Assembly (NCBI GenBank): GCA_037624485.1
Contig: JASJJC010000023.1
Span: 64,216-128,215 of the forward strand
Direction of reading: 5' to 3'
Source: Chitinophagales bacterium
GTDB taxonomy: Bacteria > Bacteroidota > Bacteroidia > Chitinophagales > UBA8649
DNA length: 64,000 nucleotides
Shown: positions 57,726 to 64,000 of the stretch, piece by piece
How positions within the stretch are numbered: the stretch's first letter is position 1
Layout: each line of letters begins with the position of its first letter
Notes under the pieces: model-generated
The model's input: the letters and a program-made list of their open reading frames with translations, nothing else
The model's database searches: none
What the model was told of the DNA's origin: nothing
Position numbers and translations under genes: made by a program

Positions 57726-59633
57726 ATGTTAAGAGCAAACAATATCTCTGTTCAGTTTGGAGGTAAGTTCCTGTTTGAAGATATCACCTTTCAAGTTGGT
57801 GATAAAGAAAGAATTGGACTTACGGGTAAAAACGGTGCAGGAAAATCAACCTTATTAAAGATAATATCCGGCTATCAAGGCTCAGATTCTGGCACAGTGG
57901 AAACTTCTGGAGGATATACGATTGGATATTTACCACAAGATATCGATATACAAAGTGATTTAAGTGTTTTAGAAGAGACAAAGAAAGCCTTTAGTGAAGT
58001 TGAAAAAATCGAAGCGCGGATTGAGTTTATCCATACCGAACTTGTTACAAGAACCGATTATGAAAGTGATGAGTACCTGGAACTTATTAATGAACTCACC
58101 GAAAAAGAACAGCTCCTGCACCATATGGGTGCAGAAAAGCATGAGGAATCAATAGAAAGAATCTTAAAAGGCTTGGGCTTTGAAAGCCATGAAATGGATA
58201 AGCCAGTTAAAACCTTTAGTGGGGGTTGGCAAATGCGTATCGTTTTAGCTAAAATTCTTTTGCAACAACCCAGTTTGATTTTGCTCGATGAGCCAACAAA
58301 TCACCTGGATATTGAATCAATTATATGGCTGGAAGAGTTTTTAACTAATTATAACGGAGCTACGATACTTATTTCGCATGATAAAACATTTTTAGATAAT
58401 GTAACTACGCGGACGGTGGAAATTGTGATGGGTAAAATTGAAGATTACAAATGTAATTACTCTAACTACCTTATTCAACGCGGAGACCGAATTGAAAAAC
58501 AACAACAAGCCAAAAAGAATCAAGAGGAGCTTATCAAGCAGACAAAGAGCAATATAGACAAATTTAGAGCCAAGGCTAATAAAGCGAAATTTGCGCAATC
58601 CCTGATAAAAAAATTGGATAAAATGGAAATCCTTGAAGTCGATTCAAGTGATAACAGTAACATTAATTTTCAATTTCAAAAGCCACCAAGATCGGGAAAA
58701 GTAGTGGTTAAGGCAGGTGATGTGAGCAAGAGCTATGGAGACAAGAATGTATTTAAGGGGGTTGATTTTGAAATCAATAGAGGAGAGAAAGTTGCCTTTG
58801 TAGGTAAAAATGGAATGGGTAAAACTACACTTGCTAAAATGGTTGTGGGTCAAATTCCCTATGATGGTACACTTACCTTGGGACACAATGTAGAACTTGC
58901 ATTTTATGCACAGCATCAAGCGGAGAGTTTAGATGGCAATAAAACAGTTTTGCAAACCATCGATGATGCAGCCCCTTTTGAAATGCGCACACGAGTGCGA
59001 AGTTTGTTGGGCTCATTTTTATTCAGCGGAGAGGATGTAGAGAAAAAAGTGAAAGTATTGAGTGGTGGTGAGAAAGGAAGATTAGCCATGTGTAAATTGC
59101 TATTGGACCCCGCTAACCTCTTGATTTTAGATGAACCAACTAATCACTTGGATATGCCTTCAAAGGACAAACTGAAGGCAGCAATCAAACAATTTGAGGG
59201 AACCGTTATAGTTGTATCACACGATAGAGATTTCTTACAAGGATTAACAGACAAGGTTTTCGAATTTATTGACCACGGTGTTAAAGAACACGTTGGAGAC
59301 ATTAATGAGTTCTTACGCTTAAGGGCGGCAGAAAACTTCAGACAATTTGAGCTGGATAAAGCGCCGAAGGAGGTTGCCGCAGTTAAAAAATCATTGAGTA
59401 AAAAAGAAAACAAGCTTTTGCGTGAATTGAAAAAGGAATTGCGAAGTATAGAAGGCAAGATCAGTACTTTAGAAGTTAAAATTGCCGAAGCCGATGCAAA
59501 ATTGCAAGACCCAGAACAGTTCGAAAAATATGTCAACGACCAGCAATTTTTTAAACAATACGAAGGGTTTAAAGATGAACTTGCTGCCCATATGAAACGC
59601 TGGGAAGTTTTAGCTGTGGAGATTGACGAGTAA
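57726..59633 (+). CDS. ABC-F family ATPase (two ABC domains, no TMD)
   Basis: 635 aa with two Walker A sites (GKNGAGKST, GKNGMGKTT), two LSGG signatures and a C-terminal coiled-coil. Confidence 0.9.
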   Translation: MLRANNISVQFGGKFLFEDITFQVGDKERIGLTGKNGAGKSTLLKIISGYQGSDSGTVETSGGYTIGYLPQDIDIQSDLSVLEETKKAFSEVEKIEARIEFIHTELVTRTDYESDEYLELINELTEKEQLLHHMGAEKHEESIERILKGLGFESHEMDKPVKTFSGGWQMRIVLAKILLQQPSLILLDEPTNHLDIESIIWLEEFLTNYNGATILISHDKTFLDNVTTRTVEIVMGKIEDYKCNYSNYLIQRGDRIEKQQQAKKNQEELIKQTKSNIDKFRAKANKAKFAQSLIKKLDKMEILEVDSSDNSNINFQFQKPPRSGKVVVKAGDVSKSYGDKNVFKGVDFEINRGEKVAFVGKNGMGKTTLAKMVVGQIPYDGTLTLGHNVELAFYAQHQAESLDGNKTVLQTIDDAAPFEMRTRVRSLLGSFLFSGEDVEKKVKVLSGGEKGRLAMCKLLLDPANLLILDEPTNHLDMPSKDKLKAAIKQFEGTVIVVSHDRDFLQGLTDKVFEFIDHGVKEHVGDINEFLRLRAAENFRQFELDKAPKEVAAVKKSLSKKENKLLRELKKELRSIEGKISTLEVKIAEADAKLQDPEQFEKYVNDQQFFKQYEGFKDELAAHMKRWEVLAVEIDE

Positions 59634-59696
59634 AATCCTCTATTTTCCTAGCCCTTTTATTTTAAGCTTCATTACCTTTATCTAAAATTTATAGAC

Positions 59697-61412
59697 GTGA
59701 GCCAGCACCTTTCTGAACAAGAAATCATTCGTAGAGAAAAATTGAAAAGCATCCGAGAGATGGGAATCAACCCCTATCCAGCAGATTTATTCCCTGTAGA
59801 CAGCAATGCACAGGATATCAAGGATAAGTATGAAGAAGGTAAAAGGGTAGTGATTGCCGGACGAATGATGTCTATCAAAATTCAAGGGAAAGCTTCTTTC
59901 GGTGAACTCCAGGATTCTTCGGGTAGAGTTCAAGTATACTTTAATCGCGATGAAATTTGTCCAGAAGAAGACAAATCCAAATACAATGACTTATTTAAAA
60001 AGTTAATTGATCTAGGAGATTTTGTAGGAATAGAAGGGGAGTTGTTTACCACTCAAGTAGGTGAAATAACGGTGAAGGTTAAAGATTTTAAACTCTTAAG
60101 TAAGGCTCTTAAGCCATTACCCTTGCCGAAAACAGATAAAGAGGGAGTCGTGCACGACGCGTTTACAGATCCAGAATTACGTTACCGTCAGCGTTATGCT
60201 GACTTAGTGGTGAACCCGAAAGTAAAAGAAGTGTTTGTCAAAAGAACCAAGATGTTTACGGCGATGAGAAACTTCTTCAATAGCAGCGGGTATATGGAGG
60301 TGGAGACACCTGTTTTACAGCCCATACCAGGGGGAGCAGCAGCTCGACCATTCATTTCTCATCACAATGCTTTAGATATTCCATTGTACTTGCGTATTGC
60401 CAATGAGTTGTATTTAAAGCGATTGATTATTGGTGGGTTTGATGGAGTTTATGAGTTCTCAAAGAACTTTAGAAATGAGGGAATGGATAGAACGCATAAT
60501 CCCGAATTTACAGCCTTAGAAATTTATGTAGCATATAAGGACTACAATTGGATGATGGATTATACCGAATCCTTGTTAGAGCATGTGGCGATTGAGGTAA
60601 ACGGTTCTGCGAAGTCTTCGTTTGGCGAGCATAATATAAATTGGAAAGCGCCTTATAAACGAGTAAGCATGACGGAGTCTATAAAGGAGTTTACGGGCTT
60701 TGATATTACGGGAAAAACGGAGGAAGAATTAAGGACTGCAGCTAAAAGTATGGGCGTCGAGGTAGATGATACCATGGGTAAAGGTAAATTGATTGATGAG
60801 ATTTTTGGCGAGAAATGTGAGGGGAATTACATCCAACCCACATTCATTACGGATTATCCAAAAGAAATGAGCCCCTTGTGCAAGGAGCACAGAGATAATC
60901 CTGAACTGACGGAACGTTTTGAGTTGATGGTTTGCGGCAAAGAAATTGCAAATGCTTACAGTGAGTTGAATGATCCGATAGACCAACGAGAAAGATTTGA
61001 AGAACAAGCGAAACTTGCAGAAAAAGGCGATGATGAAGCCACGGGTATAATTGACCAAGACTTTTTGCGTGCCTTAGAATATGGAATGCCTCCAACCTCA
61101 GGCATTGGTATCGGCATGGACAGATTAATTATGTACTTGACAAATAATCCCGCCATTCAGGAAGTGTTATTCTTTCCTCAAATGCGACCTGAGAAAGTGA
61201 AGGTGGTCAACAATGATTTTGAAGCCCTTACCGATGAAGCTAAATCAGTTTTTAAAATACTATCAGAACGTGAAGAATGCCCTCTAGCTGAGCTAAAGGA
61301 AAAAGCAGGTCTTAGTAATAAAAAGTGGGATCTATCTATTAAGGCCTTAACGAAAGGGGGCTTGGCTAAAGTCATTAAAAATGATGCTGGTCTTTTTGTA
61401 AAGCTTCTCTGA
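59697..61412 (+). CDS. lysS: Lysine--tRNA ligase (class II) with C-terminal extension
   Basis: 571 aa with a GTG start, OB anticodon-binding domain, class II motifs (FRNEG, GIGIGMDRL) and a ~70-aa C-terminal extension. Confidence 0.93.
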   Translation: MSQHLSEQEIIRREKLKSIREMGINPYPADLFPVDSNAQDIKDKYEEGKRVVIAGRMMSIKIQGKASFGELQDSSGRVQVYFNRDEICPEEDKSKYNDLFKKLIDLGDFVGIEGELFTTQVGEITVKVKDFKLLSKALKPLPLPKTDKEGVVHDAFTDPELRYRQRYADLVVNPKVKEVFVKRTKMFTAMRNFFNSSGYMEVETPVLQPIPGGAAARPFISHHNALDIPLYLRIANELYLKRLIIGGFDGVYEFSKNFRNEGMDRTHNPEFTALEIYVAYKDYNWMMDYTESLLEHVAIEVNGSAKSSFGEHNINWKAPYKRVSMTESIKEFTGFDITGKTEEELRTAAKSMGVEVDDTMGKGKLIDEIFGEKCEGNYIQPTFITDYPKEMSPLCKEHRDNPELTERFELMVCGKEIANAYSELNDPIDQRERFEEQAKLAEKGDDEATGIIDQDFLRALEYGMPPTSGIGIGMDRLIMYLTNNPAIQEVLFFPQMRPEKVKVVNNDFEALTDEAKSVFKILSEREECPLAELKEKAGLSNKKWDLSIKALTKGGLAKVIKNDAGLFVKLL

Positions 61413-61464
61413 TAAAAAGTCGGGTACTTTTATGAAAACTGCTTGCTTTTAATCGATAGCCATA

Positions 61465-61483
61465 GGAATAAAAAAAGTATACT
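61465..61483. repeat. Left arm of 19-nt inverted repeat GGAATAAAAAAAGTATACT
   Basis: 18/19 match to the reverse complement of 62240-62258. Confidence 0.7.
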
Positions 61484-61592
61484 CAAGTACACCGTAAGTT
61501 TTTAAAATCGAATCAATGTTGCTGATATCCTTTTTTTAATTCAGGGAAGTTAGTAGTGTATTACCACAACTGTGAGCCAACCTAATTATAAA

Positions 61593-61814
61593 TCAATCTT
61601 CTTGTTCACTTCGATCTCCATAACGATCCCTCATCATTTCAGCATATAGTTCTAAAGAATTGATGTCTATTGAATCCATTAGCCTTTCATACTCCCCTTC
61701 AATTTTAAAGGTTTTAACCTGAACTTTCCTTTGATTAGAAACTTCTCTTTTTGGGTTAGTTGTGTTTCTTTGTGCGTGTTTTGCCATTTCTTTTAAATAA
61801 GTCTTCTGGTCCAT
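61593..61814 (-). CDS. Small hypothetical charged protein (uncertain)
   Basis: 73-aa ORF, the only ORF of at least 60 aa in the 1.2-kb spacer. It is highly charged with no motif. Confidence 0.3.
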   Translation of the reverse strand: MDQKTYLKEMAKHAQRNTTNPKREVSNQRKVQVKTFKIEGEYERLMDSIDINSLELYAEMMRDRYGDRSEQED

Positions 61815-62239
61815 TGTGTAGGTTTTAATAATTAATTATTTAATATATTGCAACAAGGAAAGTATATGGTGTACTCGATTCTTTTGGAGAGTCCCCGCAT
61901 TCTAAACCACCGTGCATCGAATTAGTCGGTTGGTACGCTCAAGCGTTCTTGATACGATACAAAAATACTAATTTTATTTAGTTAGTTCTTTAAATTATAG
62001 ACTTTATCAATTTGCAACTTATTAATTTCGCAGGATGATGGGTGTCTTTTATTAATTTATTTTCAAGACTAAATCCATTCTTTTTTATCGCTTCAACTTT
62101 TTATAAAATTTAAATGACCATGATAATGACCTCAATGATTTTAGTTTCTTAAAGTCAGTGATAAGTTTACTTTACCATACTTTCTGCCTTCGATATTTGA
62201 AAATAAAATGGGAGACAACTTTTCAGATGCCTCCCGTTA

Positions 62240-62258
62240 AGTACACTTTTTTTATTCC
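62240..62258. repeat. Right arm of 19-nt inverted repeat
   Basis: The reverse complement GGAATAAAAAAAGTGTACT differs by one base from 61465-61483. Confidence 0.7.
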
Positions 62259-62565
62259 CACCAATAGAGTTTAGATATGAGCATGGTGTTGGTCTTTGCA
62301 GTATTCAAGTTCTACTTGGTCATAATTCCAGCAAATCCACTGAGATATATACCCATGTTAGCAGCACTCACATTATCAATACCCCAAGTCCATTAAGCTT
62401 TTTAAATTTTGATGATGACTCTAAATATTAGAGGTGATATATGAAAAATAACCACTATCTTACGTTCAATATATATGTTGTGTATCATTAATAGAACATG
62501 GTGATATACAATTGTTGTAGCCAATTACCCTAATTCATAAATAAATATTCAAACTTTTTAATTAA

Positions 62566-62584
62566 AACGTAAATAAATTACGTT
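62566..62584. promoter_or_regulatory. Palindrome AACGTAA-N5-TTACGTT upstream of the methyltransferase
   Basis: 7-nt perfect arms located ~40-60 nt upstream of the ATG at 62625. Confidence 0.4.
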
Positions 62585-62593
62585 GTGTATTGT

Positions 62594-62601
62594 TACATTT
62601 G
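62594..62601 (+). promoter_or_regulatory. Bacteroidota -7 box (TACATTTG) for the methyltransferase gene
   Basis: Matches TAnnTTTG and ends 23 nt upstream of the ATG at 62625. It overlaps the left arm of the 62599-62619 palindrome. Confidence 0.45.
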
Positions 62602-62619
62602 CTATAGCATATATAGCAA
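62599..62619. promoter_or_regulatory. Perfect palindrome TTGCTATA-N5-TATAGCAA (candidate operator)
   Basis: 8-nt perfect arms between the -7 box and the start codon. The outer GTGTATTG (62585-62592) / CAATACAC (62617-62624) pair forms a second, overlapping inverted repeat. Confidence 0.5.
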
Positions 62620-62624
62620 TACAC

Positions 62625-64000
62625 ATGACTGATAGGATTGAGTTTAAACTACTGAGAGAAGAATTAGATTACACCCAAGAGCAACTAGCTAGAATACTAG
62701 GAGTTTCGTTCTCTACAGTTAACAGATGGGAAAAAGGAAAATCATTCCCAAGAAAGGAAATGATTGAAAAACTGCAAGGACTTTCTTCTAAAAAGAATGT
62801 AAAATTAAATATAACTAAGAAACCTAAGGCTTATGCACTATTTGCTGGTGGTGGTGGATTTCACCTTGGGATGGAAAAGTATTTTGACGTGCTGGTTTCT
62901 AATGATATTGAACCAGAAGCAGAAAAGACTCATAAAAAAAATTGGCCTGAGATACCGTTTCTGTTGAATGACATAAGAATGGTGAAATCTGAGGATTTAC
63001 TAAAACTTGCCAAAGGTAAAAAGCCAGATGTAATATTTGGAGGACCACCTTGTCAAGGCTTCTCCACTTTAGGTGCAAAAATGTCTTCTGACCCAAGAAA
63101 TGTTTTATTCAGTCATTACGCAAGAATCGTTGCAGACCTAGAACCTAAGTGCTTTGTCTTTGAGAATGTCAAAGCATTCAAAACCATGTATGATGGTAAA
63201 TTCAGAGATGCAGTAATTGAAGAGTTTTCTGATTTAGGATATAGAGTGTATGAGAGAGTTATAAATACTGCACATTTTGGCGTACCACAATTAAGAGAAC
63301 GTGTATTTATTATTGGAACTAAACTCAAACATAACTTTTCATTTCCAAAACCAACCCATGGTCACTCTGACGATTTACTAGATTTTAATACCGTTGGTGA
63401 CGCAATCATGGATATAGTTGATGAAGACACTCTTTTTTGTGAGAACCATATCTCTTTAAATCATTCCGAAACAGTTACTGAGCGTTACAAGTTAATCCCA
63501 GAGGGTGGCAAACTGCCCCCACCAGAACAGCTTCCAGAAGCAATAAGGAGAAAGAATTTTGGGAATACATACAAAAGATTACATAGAAAAGAACCAGCAC
63601 TAACTATGGTTCCTGGAAATAATGCTTTCCCAATACATCCAGTCCTTAACAGAAGTTTAACTCCTAGGGAAGCTGCACGAATTCAAACCTTTCCAGATAG
63701 CCATAAATTTACTGGAGATAGAAGGAGACAATGCATATTAGTTGGGAATGCAGTACCTCCTTTAATGGCAGAAACATTAGCATCAAATGTTTATTTGCAT
63801 ATGAAAGGTAAACTTGAGGATCAAGACCCTCAAGTTTCTATTATTAAAAAATCTAAATCAGATAAAGCAAATAACATAATACCCTATAACAAACTTAAAA
63901 AGAAAACGACAAAAGAAGGATTTATTGATTTATTCTGTGGTGCTGGTGGGTTTACAATAGGTTTTGCTAATGCGGGTTGGAAACCTTTATTGGGTGCTGA
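62625..64000 (+). CDS. XRE-HTH fused to tandem DNA (cytosine-5) methyltransferase domains; 3' end outside window
   Basis: Hand translation from ATG 62625 gives 458 codons with no stop to the window edge, so the ORF is absent from the supplied track. The HTH is LARILGVSFSTVNRWEKG. Domain 1 has motifs I FAGGGGF, IV GPPCQGFS (Cys codon 63051-63053), VI ENV, VIII QLRERVFIIG, IX TPREAARIQTFPD and X GNAVPP. A second motif I, FCGAGGFTIGF, starts at 63921. Confidence 0.85.
   Translation, partial: MTDRIEFKLLREELDYTQEQLARILGVSFSTVNRWEKGKSFPRKEMIEKLQGLSSKKNVKLNITKKPKAYALFAGGGGFHLGMEKYFDVLVSNDIEPEAEKTHKKNWPEIPFLLNDIRMVKSEDLLKLAKGKKPDVIFGGPPCQGFSTLGAKMSSDPRNVLFSHYARIVADLEPKCFVFENVKAFKTMYDGKFRDAVIEEFSDLGYRVYERVINTAHFGVPQLRERVFIIGTKLKHNFSFPKPTHGHSDDLLDFNTVGDAIMDIVDEDTLFCENHISLNHSETVTERYKLIPEGGKLPPPEQLPEAIRRKNFGNTYKRLHRKEPALTMVPGNNAFPIHPVLNRSLTPREAARIQTFPDSHKFTGDRRRQCILVGNAVPPLMAETLASNVYLHMKGKLEDQDPQVSIIKKSKSDKANNIIPYNKLKKKTTKEGFIDLFCGAGGFTIGFANAGWKPLLGA

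Noticed and set aside
62430-62491. 16-codon + strand mini-ORF (MKNNHYLTFNIYVVYH) preceded by GAGGTGA, and a 28-codon hydrophobic minus-strand mini-ORF (MIHNIYIERKIVVIFHISPLIFRVIIKI) nearby
   Set aside because: They are too short to evaluate by eye and there is no conservation information. I note them only as things a Ribo-seq dataset could test within the spacer described in the findings.
62899-63328. 65-aa and 70-aa minus-strand ORFs listed in the track
   Set aside because: Both lie antisense to the continuous HTH-Dcm-Dcm reading frame, whose motifs are unambiguous.

Overview
This is a chromosomal segment with Bacteroidota (Flavobacteriia-like) hallmarks. These are type IX secretion (T9SS) C-terminal sorting domains, TAnnTTTG -7 promoter boxes, and the gene orders ftsK-lolA, rnc-fabF-acpP, rplM-rpsI-rpsB-tsf-pyrH-frr and bamD-rpoZ-coaBC-DUF4835. 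I support about 56 CDS and 2 tRNAs (Asn-GTT, Leu-GAG). I saw no rRNA, CRISPR array, transposase or integrase. Most of the window is densely packed core metabolism, translation and envelope genes. Three regions stand out. (1) The last ~2.6 kb, after lysS, begins with an AT-rich, nearly ORF-free 1.2 kb spacer bracketed by an 18/19 inverted repeat. It is followed by an ORF absent from the supplied track because it has no stop before the window end. That ORF encodes an XRE helix-turn-helix fused to two tandem cytosine-5 DNA methyltransferase domains, and operator-like palindromes overlap its promoter. This looks like the first gene of a restriction-modification or defence island that continues beyond 64000. 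(2) A translationally coupled operon at 2918-8990 encodes DUF4856, imelysin, an HTTM (gamma-carboxylase-like) membrane protein and a TonB-dependent receptor. (3) coaBC is split exactly at its domain junction by a frame change in a T6 run. All calls rest on reading the sequence and translations by eye; no searches were run.
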